Assembly (NCBI GenBank): GCA_028534125.1
Contig: CM052817.1
Span: forward strand, 107,076,001-107,140,000
Source: Lama glama
Taxonomy: Eukaryota
Direction: 5' to 3'
DNA: 64,000 nt
Below the pieces are notes generated by a model, which searched no databases, was not told the origin of the DNA, and saw nothing but the letters and a program-made list of their open reading frames with translations. Made by a program: the position numbers and the translations under genes. Shown one piece after another: positions 1-13,862 of the stretch; within the stretch, counting starts at the first letter, position 1, and each line of letters begins with the position of its first letter.

Positions 1-1449
1 GCTGCTTCCTAACCTGCCTCTGCACAACGTTCTGAGAAATCTTCAGGGACAGAGTCTACATAAGACTGCGAAGTGCAGTGCCTGGCTCGTGCCAAACAGC
101 CCCGAAAATTTGCTCAATAAAAGGTCAAACTTTTAATTCAACAATACATGAGAAGGGGGTTACAGGGTCAATGAAATGTAAAATAAATCAGACTGCCCTG
201 TAACAGTTTGGCGGAAAGGACTGGAGGAAACGCCAGGGTATCTGGACAGCCTGTTCCTGATCCTACTGTGGACTATTCGGGGGGATACAGACATCACACT
301 TACACTGAGCAGAATTTTCTTACCCGAAAAATGGAAGGAGATGGAATCATACAACTTCTTAGCTCTTTTTAACACATAAAACTTAAGCAATGTATAAAGT
401 ATGTCAGAAAGTCTGAGCAAGTTTACTTTAATAAACGGTCACCCTGAGGAAGAGAGGGTAAAAGTGGTCAACATGAGATAAATCTACACCTGAAATGCTG
501 TAACCCCTCAGCGGAATTCCACCTGTGCTGTTTCTTATCACAGCTCTGAAAATATCTGTTAAACCCACAAATACCAGAGACGATGTTTACTGCTTCGATT
601 TATGACCAATTGGTAATTAAGATAAGAAGCAGAAAGATGGCAATAATCTTGTGATTATTTCCCTGTTTTTATTACCAAAAAATCATATAAATAGTGATGC
701 TTACACTAATGGTAATTTTATTTAAAGGAAAAACACCTGCATGGTGTTTACAGCAGTTCACACTGAGCTTGTCTGTGGCTCCCCCTCATCTGTCACAAGA
801 TGGTCAAAGTCATTCTAGTAACACAGCAAATAACTTCCAAAACTAGTTTTCTGAAAGTGTTAAGTCAAATGCTATTACATTGTTGGGAAACCGCCTTCCT
901 CCAGAAATTAAAGTTCTCTATTTTTATTTCGAAAAACATTAACAGGCTCTTTCAGTTCAGAAATGATGATTAACTGCTCAGCTTAAATATCTCTTCTTCT
1001 GAAAAAATACTAATACAGTGGGTGCACAGGCCAATGTGGAAATCCATCCATGCACGTGAACTCCCTCTGCATAATAAACTGAACAGCAGAAGAAACTACC
1101 CTAGCTTATAACTTCCTAAACCCGAGAATGACAGGTGTTCAAACATGTTTCACTTACGAGGGAAAAAAAAACTATTCTTGAAGAGAGCAAAAAAGATGGG
1201 TTAGATTTTCATCCCCTAAGAGTTAACAGTAATCAATACATAATAATTTAGAACAGAAAGAGAAAGAGGAGACTTTGGGGGAAATACGTGCCTCACAGCA
1301 CTGTCTAATCTACTTCTAGGATTTATAGACACTCAACCCTGGGCCTAGAGAGACGGCAGTTTGCCTGAGGAGTGTAACTTCAACTTCAAAATGTGCTTCA
1401 CACATGAGAACATTCAAATCCCTTGATACAAAGAACTACACCTGTGTGT

Positions 1450-2700
1450 GTCTGTATAAATGTATTTATACACCGTCTCTGTCCGAGGAGACGGTCTAGG
1501 AAGGCAAACAGTCCAGGGGCAAGGAGCCCATCCAGCACCCAGATCGTAGTTTCTCCAATAAAAGGAACCAGGGTTCTTAAAGAAATGGCTGGTTCTAAGA
1601 CAGGTGAGAAAACACAAGACTTAGGAGTACCAGAAAGAGAGCCATTGATCAAGGGAAAAAACCACAAGAGCTTCTATGCCAAAAGGTGGAAAACTCAGAG
1701 CAATAAAATAATGTCCTCTTAAATTATACCCCAAAGTACAAAATAAAATAAAAAACATATATCTGAGCCCACACTGACATAAATAATTGAATTATAAATG
1801 AGAAAGAAGAGGTGATCTTCCTTAGAGGAGATCCTAAACTATTTACACAGATGGTCCCGGGGCATGGGGCTCAGGTCCCCACCCCTATCACACCCCCCTG
1901 AGCGTGGGCTGGATTGAATGACTTGCTTCCAAAGACCAGAGTGTGGACAGACGGGGGGAGAGCTGTCCGGCGTAACTCTATAGCAGAGGAACCTGAGAAG
2001 CACCACCCCAGCCAGGACACAAGGTCGGCCTCACCTGTGACAAGTCAGGCGCCTAGGATGGGGGCTTGGTACCACGTGATGAACAGCACTCTGCCTCCGT
2101 GGTCCCCCTCCCAGAATCTCACGCCTGCAGTCCAGCCACAAGAACATCAGACAAATCCCACCGAGGAACATTCTGCCAAATAACCCTGAGTCCCCAAAAC
2201 TTGCAAAGTCCCAAGGAACAAGGGGAGCGTGAGGGACACAGGTAAGAAGGGGCTGAGGAGACGTGAGGACTGACGTGGTCAGGGGTCCTGGCAGGGTCCA
2301 GGGACAGGAGGGTGCATCCATGGGAAACCAGTGGAACCGGAAGAAAGTGGACAGTTTAGTCACAGTAACGCACAGTGTTGTTCCTCGGTTTCACAAGTGA
2401 ATCTCAGCAACGTACAATGTAAGGACAGAAGGGACGCAGAGGGGCGGACGCCAGGACTCACGACACCAGGAGCTTTCCAACTCCTCTCATCTAAAGTTAT
2501 TCCAGAGCAAGGAGGGTAGGGCTCAGAAATAGAGTGCGTGCTCAGCATGCCCGAGGCCCTGGGTTCAGTCCCCAGCATCCCCTCTAAAAATAAATAAACC
2601 TAGAACCCCCAGAACAAAAAATACGGGTATACAACAATAAGTAAATAGGATATTTTTAATAAAAAAATAAAGTTATTCCAGAATAAAAAATTTTCTTTTT
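1450..2700 (+). mobile_element. Old L1 3' region (L1MC3/L1MC4-like), interrupted by a SINE
   Basis: Recognisable L1MC 3'UTR motifs (TGACTTGCTTCCAAAGA, ACATCAGACAAATCCCA, ...TCTAAAGTTATTCCA followed by an A-rich end). Confidence 0.65.
2511..2667 (+). mobile_element. tRNA-Ala-derived camelid SINE (Vic-1-type)
   Basis: tRNA-like head (GCTCAG..TAGAG..GGGTTCAGTCCCCAG), A-rich tail and TSD TAAAGTTATTCCAGA at 2492-2506 and 2668-2682. Confidence 0.88.
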
Positions 2701-3984
2701 GAAAGAACCACATCCACATGGACAGATCAATCCAAAACTTACGTTGTCACAGGTGAAAAAAAATAAATGAACAAAACATCGCAAAAGAACATCAGAGGTT
2801 CAGGCCAGGGACACGGTGCCCCCAGATCCTGGGTTCTGGGTTCCAGTTTGGGAACGACTTACAGTCCAGGAGAGAAGAAACATTCATCACTGCAAAGACC
2901 TGAGGGCTTAAAGCCACTTGCTCTCCTCCCACCTTAATGACATCCTGCGGCCGAGACCTCGTGACCTGCCCCTCTTCCAAGGCGTCACCACGGCATCAGT
3001 CTTCCCCACCTATCAATTTCACACAATTGTCATGTTTCAGAAACACAGAACTTGAGAACCTTTGATGACAGCCTACTTTAAACACACACACACACACAAT
3101 TACCAAAAGTAGTGGCACTAAGTAGAAACTGATCCTGCCTTAACCTACCTCTCACCGCCCTTGCCCCAAGCACCTGACTCTAGCCAAAATAACTCGTCCC
3201 CAAAAGCCCACAACACTTTGGGGCTTATTTTCTTTGCTTTTTCTCAATAGTTTTCATCCTGTGAGCACCTAAAAACCAGGAAATAGCAGGTCTTATTCAT
3301 TCAGATTCCTTCTCCCCAGCCCAGCACTGAACTGTATCTGTAATAGGTGCCTAAGACGTCCTTTGATTTCCTCAAAAACTCAGTCTCCCCTTCAAATCCG
3401 TTTCAAAATCTCAACAACAACAACAAAATACTTCTCAATAATCAGTTAAACGTGCTCTGTTGGAAACTAGTCATCTGACTGCAATTCAAATCATCTGTTC
3501 AGTGTCCTACCCCATCAGATGACCAGCACCAACACGGACTAGACGCTGTAGATAAGCTGCTATCTGTGGCTGCAGCTGTGAGTAACTGTGAGATCACGGG
3601 GGGGGGGGGGAAAGAAGTCAAACCACCACAACCACACAGCACAACCGAAAGTGCTTTAAAGCTGCTACGGCACAGTCGACCTTTGGAAGCAGTATGTACA
3701 GCCTCCACCATAAAGGACAGTAACTCCCAAAGCACAGTACAGACCTCGGATTCAGCCACCAACCCTCAAAAAAATCAGGAGGAAGCCAAGCCCTGGTTCT
3801 GCTCACCACTCAGACTCTGTGACCTGATCACATCCCGCTTTTCTCGCCGACTAGAGCAGCAGCAACCACACCCTCCGACTGAAGCCGGACGGAGAAGAGC
3901 AGGGGACAGAAGGGATGGGTGGCGCGCTGGACAGCAGCCTGACGCCCTCCGGGTCAGAGCCACGTCCTAAACGCTCCACACGCA

Positions 3985-4950
3985 CTTGGTCCTCGTTACT
4001 GGGGAGTCCCCGTTTGTAAATTCGCCTACTTGCGAACATGTACGTGCAGCCCCAAATCCGACACTCGACGCCCTTTCCCAGTCGTGCAGGGACATGTGCA
4101 GGGCGGTGAACACGTGAGTCATCTTGGTGGCACGGTCCCAAGAGGTGTGTGAGGTGAAGGAGGCAATGCCCTCCTGTTTCAGCTCCTGCGCTGGAAACCA
4201 GCATCCTTCACAAGCGATAGTCTCTGTCCTGGTTTCCACGTGTTTGTGCTTCGCGTTAGTGATCGCATTGTTCACGGCCCCAAAGATGCTNNNNNNNNNN
4301 NNNNNNNNNNNNNNNNNNNNNNNNNNNNNNNNNNNNNNNNNNNNNNNNNNNNNNNNNNNNNNNNNNNNNNNNNNNNNNNNNNNNNNNNNNTGTACGTGCA
4401 GCCCCAAATCCGACACTCGACGCCCTTTCCCAGTCGTGCAGGGACATGTGCAGGGCGGTGAACACGTGAGTCATCTTGGTGGCACGGTCCCAAGAGGTGT
4501 GTGAGGTGAAAGAGGCAATGCCCTCCTGTTTCAGCTCCTGCGCTGGAAACCAGCATCCTTCACAAGCGATATTCTGTCCTGGTTTCCACGTGTTTGTGCT
4601 TCGCGTTAGTGATCGCATTGTTCACGGCCCCAAAGATGCTGCAGTTTTGTCTAGTAATCCTAAGGGCAGGAAGGCTGGGAGGTGCCTCAGGGAGAATGCA
4701 CCTGAGTCAGGTGCGTTCTGCTCTGCTGCTGTCCTTGAGTTCAGTGTTAGTGCAGTAGCAAAATATATACTGAGTAAGTGTCTTTAAACAGAAACACACG
4801 TAAAACAAGGTTCTACCAGTTGATGAAAATGTGACCAGAAGCTTGCAAGACCCTAACCGTGTACCTCCCCTGGGAGCAATGGTTCAAAATTTGCTAACTC
4901 AGTGTTCTTTACATCTCTACAGACTATAACTACCTGAATATAAGATACAC
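3985..4950. mobile_element. MER82-like TcMar-Tigger non-autonomous DNA transposon, spanning an assembly gap
   Basis: Colinear with the MER82 consensus as recalled (AATTCGCCTACTTGC...; TAAACAGAAACACAC..AAAACAAGGTT..CCCCTGGGAGCAATGGTTCA..ATAACTAC). The extra length is explained by the 100-N gap and a 250 bp duplication. Confidence 0.7.
4291..4390. other. Assembly gap (100 N)
   Basis: Run of N. Confidence 1.
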
Positions 4951-6054
4951 TGATACTACTAATAACAGTAACAGTATAACAATAAAAACAAAAATAAATG
5001 ATAATAAATTAGTACTACTCGAATCTTCTAGGATTGGCAAAATCTGGGGTAAAAAAACAAAATATTCTAAGTAAAGGAACTAAGATTACAGGGGAATTTT
5101 CTAGATCCAACACCTAACACCTGTACCAACTGCTTTTAGGCTTTTAGAACATTGTTCATGCTACAACATTTTATAAAGTTTTAAAATTATGTCCTAGGTG
5201 ACATCTCTTTGTGATAACCACCTCTTCCATGAACTTCTGATGATGACTGCTCTAAAACAAACAAGGGACAAACCTACCCAACCCTAAATAATTCTGTTCT
5301 AGTAAGTGTTTCTACAAAATTGGACAGTCTAACACGTTAAAACTTAACATAATTTTTGAGCACGCACATCACCAATACACATAGAAATGATCTGTTTAGG
5401 GGGAAATATTCAGAATAATTCCCTAGTTGTTTTTCATCATTTATATAAAAGTCTTTAGTTGGAAGAAAAAAAAAAAAGAGAGAGAAGGGATGAATGGGGG
5501 AGGAAGAAGAAAAACTAAAGCTGAAATTTCAACTAAATCTGCATTTTTGTAAATGTCCACATTACAATTTTAAGAGCCAACTTTACTTCTTAATCAACGG
5601 GTAGGTATTCCAGCTCCTTTTTCCTTCTGCTGCGCTCTATATTTGTCTTGAAAACAGTATTTCCCAGAGCGTGCTCCAGGATGCTTTTGCAAAGGGGGTG
5701 CCTAGTCACATCAGTTTAGGGAACATATACTCCACCCCGTCCCACAGCAGAGTCAGGAATGCAGACTTGAAAATCCAGGGCTCCAAAAATGCTGCAGGAA
5801 ATAAATTTGTTTAATCCAAGGGTTTTTGTACTTTTCCTTTTCTCTCGTTCACTATTAATACATTTGCCTTTCTTACTGAGTTCTTTAAAGATAGTATCCT
5901 TAATGTTGCAAATAATTTCCCCCAATGATGATTAATCATTAATGTTTCATTTCAAATAAAAAGAGACAGGTTAATAGACCAGTAATGTGGAAAAGAAAAA
6001 AAATAGATTAATGTTGTAAATAATGTGTCTTAAAAAGAAATAGTTTTTTTGAAT

Positions 6055-6455
6055 AGTTTTTGCAGCTTTAGGACAAGCTGCTATAAACATCCACGTGCAG
6101 GTTTTTGTGTGGAAATTCAGTTTTCAACTCCTTCAGGCACATATCGAGGACTACAGTTGCTGAATCACGTGGCTGGGGTATATTCGCTTCGTGAGTAGGA
6201 GTGTATTAATTTTGTGAGAAAGCACCACACCGACTTCCAAAGTGGCTGCCCCATTTGCATTCCTACCAGCAGTGAATGAAAGTTCCTGTTGCTCCACACC
6301 CTGGTCAGCACTTGGTGTTGTCAGTGTTCCGGATTTGGCCGTGCTAGTCAGTGTGCAGTGGAATCCCACGGGTGTTTTAATTCACATCCCCCGAGGAGCT
6401 TTGCTGTGGAGCATCTTTTCATGTGTTTACTTGCCATCTGGGTATCTGCTGGCCA
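6055..6455 (-). mobile_element. Old L1 ORF2 3' fragment (L1M-type)
   Basis: GCTGCTATAAACATCCACGTGCAGGTTTTTGTGTGGA..., TTGCATTCCTACCAGCAGTG..., GAGCATCTTTTCATGTGTTTACTTGCCATCTG are typical antisense L1 motifs. Confidence 0.8.
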
Positions 6456-6489
6456 ACTAATACTTCTTAAACTGTATTTTCTATACATG

Positions 6490-6785
6490 TGCTATGCAAT
6501 ATGGTAGCCACTCACCACAGGTGGCTGTGGAATCCATGAAATGTGGCGCGTCCTTGTGGAGATGTGCTGTAAAGTGTAAAACGCACACTGCATTTTGGAG
6601 ACTCGCTATGAAAAGAAGTAAAATATCTCAGTAAGTTACACTGCTTTCATGTTGAAATGCCATATACTTGGATATACAGGTTAAATAAAATTCGTGGCAT
6701 CTATTTTGTTTTACATTTTTTAATGTGGCTACTAGAAAATTTAAAACCACATGTGCGGCTCGTCTCTCAGACAGCACTGATCTAC
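6490..6785. mobile_element. MER33-like hAT-Charlie MITE
   Basis: CAATATGGTAGCCACT..., GAGATGTGCTGTAAAGTGTAAAA..., TTTTTTAATGTGGCTACTAGAAAATTTAAAA..., ending GACAGCACTG. Confidence 0.75.
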
Positions 6786-9619
6786 ACAGAGCCTGTATTT
6801 TGATAATTGCATTAGGCGAACACCGAGTCCTGAGCAGAACTTTCTGAACGGTAATGTGATCATCAGAAAAGAGAAAATAAGGAAACAAGTGGTGTCATCG
6901 GTGGAACTTGATCAGAAGTATTTAAAAGGGTGTAGTTTTGCTCTCTCTGCAAATCCGAGACCCACCGAGACGTGACAAGTGGTTTCTTGCAATTGCAATG
7001 CTTGTTACTGACAATCTTCTGCGAAGGTCATCCAGAACATCCCAGACTCTGGCCAGGCTACAGGTGCCTGCACAATATGGGTCACAGGTCAGTTCTACTG
7101 GGTCACCTATGTGAGGAAAAGGAATGGCTGGAGGATAACTGAAATGATTTTTTTAAATACTGAAATGAACTGAGACTAACGGAGGGAATGAGAAAACAGA
7201 TTAATGACAGCACAGGACCCAGCTTCAGCCAGATCAAAACTAAATCAAGCAAGTATTTAAGTTTCTCTGCTCAACAACATGGGAAGAGTTACACAGAAAC
7301 ACAGCAGGAGACCGCGCTAAACATGCATTTCTAAGGAACCAGATTAACTGTGCTACTGTGAAATTCTACACACCAACCAGACAGCTACCAACATGAAGAG
7401 ACTGCAAGAAACATGGCTGAGAAAAAGGCAAGTTGCAGAATGATACATGGGGGAAAACCCACCAAACTATGGCTTCCGGAGATATGGAGTAAACGAAGAA
7501 GAACGTGGACTCAGGGACACCCACCCAGTTCTCAACAGTGCTGGGTCCTCTTCCAAGAGGAGGAGTAGGGGACCAGAGAAGGAAACTAAAGGTCATTCCC
7601 CACACTGTTCCACTGTTTCCATGTCATACACACATGCACACACACACACACAGAGGAGAAAAGAATTACAGGGGAAGGAGACTGTAAGAAGACTGACAGG
7701 CTGTGGCCACGGTGAAATCACTTCCTGAACAAATGGACCAGACGGTGCGGCCAGCGCTCTGCTCTCACTGCCCACACGGCCCGGTGCCATGCTCCTGTCT
7801 GGTCCCAGACTCTGCACTTAGAGTGGCCGAAGGTCCCCACGTGTCTGTGACAGCGTGGTCTTGTCCAAAGGGGAGCTATCTATTCAGAATCAGAGAAATA
7901 CTTCCTCCACAAGCCCCTGCCCATCAAAAAAAAAAAAAAAAAGCCAGAAACACCCACTCCATGTCGCTCACTCCCCATCAAATGCCAGCTGTAAAGCAGC
8001 CATGTAAAATCTGAGCAATTCTGCATCATATATATGTCCCTCTGCTGTTAAAAAAAAAAAAAATGTATACAATCTGATCCAAGCCCTCAGTCAAGACAAA
8101 CTATTATATCTCACGGTTGTTACAAATTCTCCTTTTATTAATCAACTAGGTACAGGCCCAGAGGAATATTTTGTGCCAGAAAATACACTCTCGATGAGCA
8201 TACAGTAAGATGGCAAAAACAGACATCCCCAACACACACCTCTATGTCCCTCGCACTTCTGTGGGCGCCCACGCGGTGCGGGAGTTCTCACGTCCTCTCT
8301 GGGACCCGAACAAAGGGAAAATAAAGATCTGAACCAACAGCAGCACCAACACCAACATTTTTGATCAACAAAATGAGGAGAAATGTGTGTTTACTGCAGC
8401 AAGAACCAATTTCTTCTTAATCCTTGACAAGTACTCAGGGAACAATTTTTTAATGTTTTAAAATAAACAGGTACTTATTTAACAGTATAGGCCCAAGGCA
8501 CAAGCCACATGTATTCCTCCTGACAACTGGGGTCCAGTCGAACTCAGTGCTTGAGAACGTACATTGCAGAACCAGAGGCCCTGGACTCAAACACCCAGCT
8601 CTGCCCTTAGCCCACACCAGCCCCGACAAGCCGCTTTGCACGATGCAGGAGAGCGGTTTTACACAGCAAGGGTTCAATAAATGTCACTACTCATAAGGTA
8701 GGAAACTTTTTAAAAATTAGCCATCATTTTCTGTCAGTTAAAACACTCTTGACAGTGGAAACCCAAAAAGGCGGGCTCTTTTTAAGTACTGTATGTTTTA
8801 AGTGATCTTTTTCATTTATTAGCGATAAACTTGCTCAGTTTACCTTCTGATGGCCAAGTAAATTCCATATTATTTTTCTTTTCTTTTCTTTTCTTTCTTT
8901 TGTATAAACCACAAAGTATTCTGGTAGATCAATCCTGCCTCCACAACAGCTGTTGTGCGAAACTGACTCATGAAATGTAGACACAGAAATGAAATATTTG
9001 ATCATCTGGTTCTTCCACTTGCCAATGTACCAGTCGGATTTTTCCATGCTATAATTTATTTTCAGATACTGCAAATGAATTGCTTATCAGTTTTGTCAGA
9101 AATCAACCTGGATTCGTTACATATAAGAAAAATGTTCCTCATTTTTGTAAAAGCTATAAATCCAGTTACTTCTGATCCTAACAAAACAGAAAGAATACAG
9201 GATATTACCATGATTTTTCATGTTCTGAATGGCATGAAGGTATCTCTTTTTGTTTTTAAAGTTATAAGAGAAAAATAAATATTCAAGTTAAGTCACACAT
9301 TTCAGCTGCTGTAGAATGTTCTTTGCTATAAAGTAAGAATTACTATTCCTATAATCTTAGATGGACACAACGTGGAAAAAATGTTTGGCCACACATATTC
9401 AGGAGTTTACAGGAAATTCTTTGTCTCCCATTCTGCATGTATGCCCCAGACAGCACTGAGACAAGCACTTCTCTTGGGTTAGACTGTTTTGTGATGTTAC
9501 ACTACATGATGCTACGTTAGCACTTCTCCTTTGAGGTGCTAGGAACCATGTGAAGCCTGTCTCCACTTGGTATCATTTCTTACTGACAGGTAAAATGGGT
9601 GAAAATCACCTTCAATGCC

Positions 9620-10150
9620 AGCCAGCAAACACATGGGGAAAAAAGCTCAACTTCACAGAATTAAAGAAACATGATCTAATAACACTGCAATACAATTTTT
9701 CACTTCTTAGACTGCCAAAATCGGGAAGGTTTAATAAAAAGCCATCACCGGCATGGATTTCTACACACACCACTCATGGAAATATGAAGTGGTGCAGCTT
9801 TTTCAGTGAGCCACTTGGCACTACCTATCAAATTGTTAACTGGCATATCCCTCGGTTTGGTAAACCACTACCAGGAATCTCATCTGTCTGTTCACAAACA
9901 GCACGCACAGACACATACTCACGTGCATAACGACGCTGACCACAGCACTCCTTGTAAGGGGACGAGGATGCTGCAAACTGCCCAAAGGTCTGCCCCTGGG
10001 AGGACCACCGACATAGCTGACGATGCGTGGAGCAGAAAGAGGCCGAACGCGGGACCACCTCACAGAAGTATTATTTAAAAGGAAAGGCAAGAACTGTGAG
10101 TACAGAATGACTCCATTTGCTTAAATTAATTTTTTTAAAAAAATCAAAGT
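9620..10150 (+). mobile_element. Highly diverged L1ME-type fragment
   Basis: Degenerate L1 ORF2-end and 3'UTR motifs. Confidence 0.4.
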
Positions 10151-13100
10151 ATGCCGTGGGATTGCACAACTTTTCTCCCAAGTGCATAAACTCTTTTTAG
10201 AGACTTTGGGACAGTGGTATGTAGGAAGGAGACAATTTTTCTTATTTTGTTTTAGATTAGGTTATAGAGTGTTCATAGTTTTTAATTAAAAAAATACATG
10301 CTTCTAGGGAAAAAAAAAGCCTGGGGCGCAAAACAGATTCAGTATCACTGAATAAGCACTTCCATCAGACATTATATTGGCTTCACTGATGTTAACTTTT
10401 CTCCTCCCAGCCCCCAGCCACTAAATAACACGCTGGTCTTCACCTGCTGGTCTTGATTTCGTTTTCTCCTTATCTGTGCTGAGACTTCCCTCCCATCAAC
10501 CCCCGACATCAGAAGCCTCCTCACGACCTGCCCACAGCAAATCCTGAATTCTCTGATACTGTCAACACTTAAAGCTGTCACCACACAACGAAACATCTGG
10601 CGATGACAAAAGAAACATCCCCAAAATACTTTAAGAATTAGCAATACCACTGGAATCAACATATAGCTTTCAAAAACAAGTGTTTTAAAAGGGAAAGGCA
10701 AATTCAGGTTTGTTTGCTGTTTATCTGTGGGATTTCCAGGAAAGGGGGACGTGCTTTTTTAATATTATCGCTGCATTTCCCCAACTTTCTTGAATGCACA
10801 TATATGTAAAGGTAGAAACACGTGGCTCTAACTGTCGGACAGTACACTAACCATTCTGAATGACGCTAAAACCATCTCCACCTAAAATGGAAAAAAAAAT
10901 CTCTCCTTGCAGTGTGAAGTGTTGACAACACTGAGGCAAACACCACAGTGGCTTCACCTGTGAAAATACAACCTCATTAACTCTCAAACCTTCACCCTGC
11001 CCCACGCGGTTCTAGGAAAGCTTGTTTAGCATCCGCAGGAGTGAGGAAAGCAGAGGCCGCCTGATGAGCCATCAAACCCAGCTTCCTCAGAAAGGTCCTC
11101 CCATGAATGGTGGACTATCCCACGGATATTCTGAGCCTGGCTCTCCATTTCCCTTACAAAAATCTGCCTCTCCGCACGCAATTCCTGTTTACCGGACTTG
11201 ATTCTTCCTGTTCAAGGACTCCACCCCTGGGGCGACAAAATCCAAAACCTGAAGGAAGCTATTTTTAGAGCGACAGTCACTTAGGCATTTTCTGTGTGAT
11301 CAACAGGATGCCAAGCTGTCGATGCCTGACAAGCTCTGCCTGCCTTGTCCGCTGCCCACTTGCTAACACTGAGAAGAGAAAAAAGTCTTTGAACAAATCG
11401 CACTTAACAAAAGACAACGAGAATAATTTTGGGTTTAATGTCCCTCCCATAATTCTAATTCAGGACTTTAAGTTACCTAAATAGCCTGCAAGGAAAAAGC
11501 TGCACGTGCTCTGTGTATTTGGGGTCTTTGTGACAGTCCCGGAAACAGTGCTCAAAATAAACGTCTTAGAACCGTCTTTTGTCATTCTCTCTAAATGTGT
11601 GCTTTACACCAGGTAGGATGCTCTTCTCAAAGCCCTAAGTATTACAGAATTTTAACTGAAATGAGACTGAAGAAAGTGTATAGAAGAGGCCACTTTCAAT
11701 GGAATCCTTTCAAGAGAAACAACTCTAGAGCCTGTCCTGTGACACCTGCACATTCAAGGCCCTTCCTCTCCTGTCCACGCCACCCTGTCCCTGCACATCC
11801 GCACTGTCGTATGAACTCCCTCCTCTGGGTACTGCCCTTGCCGGACCGTGGGCCCCCTGCACTGTGTCACACGCATCTGTGCTCCCAGTGCCCCAGGCAA
11901 CACGGTGCCACACACACGGGTGTGCTCAGAAGTGTATGGCATGTGATGGAGGCTCGACTGTGCAAGTGTGAGCCTCCTGTAACTCTACAGTTGTGATTTA
12001 TGATACAGTCACCCACTTACCGAAAATGTCACTTAGCCAGATGCACCAAATTGCTCGAGACCCTACCCCATGGAAACTGACGCCCCTCTTCCGCCGCACC
12101 TAACTCAGTGCATCACAGTCTGGAAATGCCCTGCAGGTGGGGGTTGTGTTGGGTACCCTGTCAGTGTCGATGGACCAACTCTGACCTAGGTCAAGATGAC
12201 TGGTCCCACTGTTTTCGGTTCACACGGTCTCAGAGAACAGTAACAAATATAAGAAGATATGGCTAATCCTTTCAATCAACCAAACTTGAAATATAAATTA
12301 CAAATTCTCTTCATCATCAAAAGAAATAAAATTGGGAGGAAAATTTTTCCCCAAGACAGAAATTCTATTTCTTCATGTGAATGCTTCTACTTCCCAAATA
12401 TTACGTTAACCAAATCACCACAAGGGGAGTGAGTCACATCACTCTACTGGCCTGCTAGAGTCTTTACTCAACTCAACGAGATGTGAGCAGAGTGGAACTG
12501 GGGCAACAGAGTCTGGCCTACATCCAAAAATATGGATGTACTCTTACCGCTTCCCTAAACCTGCCTGTAGTTCTAAAGTGGAAAAGATGAAATTTTACTC
12601 AACATAGCAGTAAAAACTATATCCAAGCCATCTGTATCATAGTCTTTGGCATTTAAGCTGAATAACGTGGAGACATGAAAACACAAACTTCACGCTCCCC
12701 TGCTTTTTATCAAAAAGTAGGGACTACTCCATCTCAGTGCTTTTAGGTGTTTTGTGTGTACAGACCCATTTTGTACGTGTGTGTAAATCTCCATCTGCCC
12801 CAGGACACAGGTCCTTACAGCAGTGCCAGGGTGGGATGAAACAGGTACCAGGGTAAAATGTCCATGGAGATACCTCCTTTCAGCACCTCCCTAGACAAAG
12901 CTTGTGCCCGATGTATCCGGCCACATTATGTGGCAAGATTAGACCATATTCATTAAGGTTCTGCTAATTAGTAATTCAGTCTGTGCTAAAGTTGATTATA
13001 CCATGAAAATGCTAAGCAAATTAATAATGCAATTAAATCTGTATGTGGGCGCATTTACCCTACTTAAGAAAAGAATTTAAGAACCCTAGCACATTAGCTG

Positions 13101-13446
13101 AATGCAAATTACAGATGAACAAATTCTTAATTCACCAAACCAGTTCCATCAGGGGAAAAAAGGCATTTTTACAGTATTACTGTTACTCTTTGTGCTCACA
13201 GGTAATGAGCTGCATGTATTTAAATATTCTGGAAGGTAAGCGTCTCAGAAATTCACCCTTTCCAGTAAACTTAGATCTTGCATTATTTTTGCATTTGTTT
13301 TTTATAAACTCATTCTCACGTCCTAGAACGACACCTCAGGTATAAATACCTTAAAAAGGAGTGGGGGTTTTTGTTGTTGTTGTTTTTACCTCCACTCAAA
13401 AGGGAAATGTGAAGTAACCCCTGTATTCAAGGATGGAACCATAAGT

Positions 13447-13862
13447 GTTATGAAGTGAAGTGTGCTCCCCCAAAACTTGCCCCAAACAATGACTAATGAA
13501 GCTCTAACCCCCACTGTGGTGGTATCAGAAGATGTGGTCTTCAGGAGGTAATTAGGGTTAGGTGAGGGGACGAGGGTGCGGCCATGGTCCAGCAGGACAG
13601 GCGTCCTTATCAATGAGGGAGAGGCAGCAGAGCTTCTGTTCTTTGTTTTTTCATTTTCTCTCTCTCTCTCTCTCCCTCCCCTTCTCTCCTCACCCTCCCT
13701 CCCTCTCCTGCATGACACAAAGTCCACGTGAGGACACAGCAAGCCCCGAAGAGAGTCCTCACCACACACCAGATCAGCCAGAACCTTGATCTCAGACATT
13801 TAGCCTCTAGAACTATGAGAAAATAAATTCCTGCTGTTTAGGCCACAAAGTCTGTATATGGA
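13447..13862 (+). mobile_element. MaLR solo LTR (MLT1A/B-like)
   Basis: TGTTATG start, GAGGTAATTAGGGTTAGGTGAGG, GTGAGGACACAG, ACCTTGATCTCAGAC..GCCTCTAGAACTATGAGAAAATAAATT. Confidence 0.85.

Noticed and set aside
13552..13563. TTAGGGTTAGG telomere-like motif
   Set aside because: Under two units and part of the MLT1 LTR sequence.
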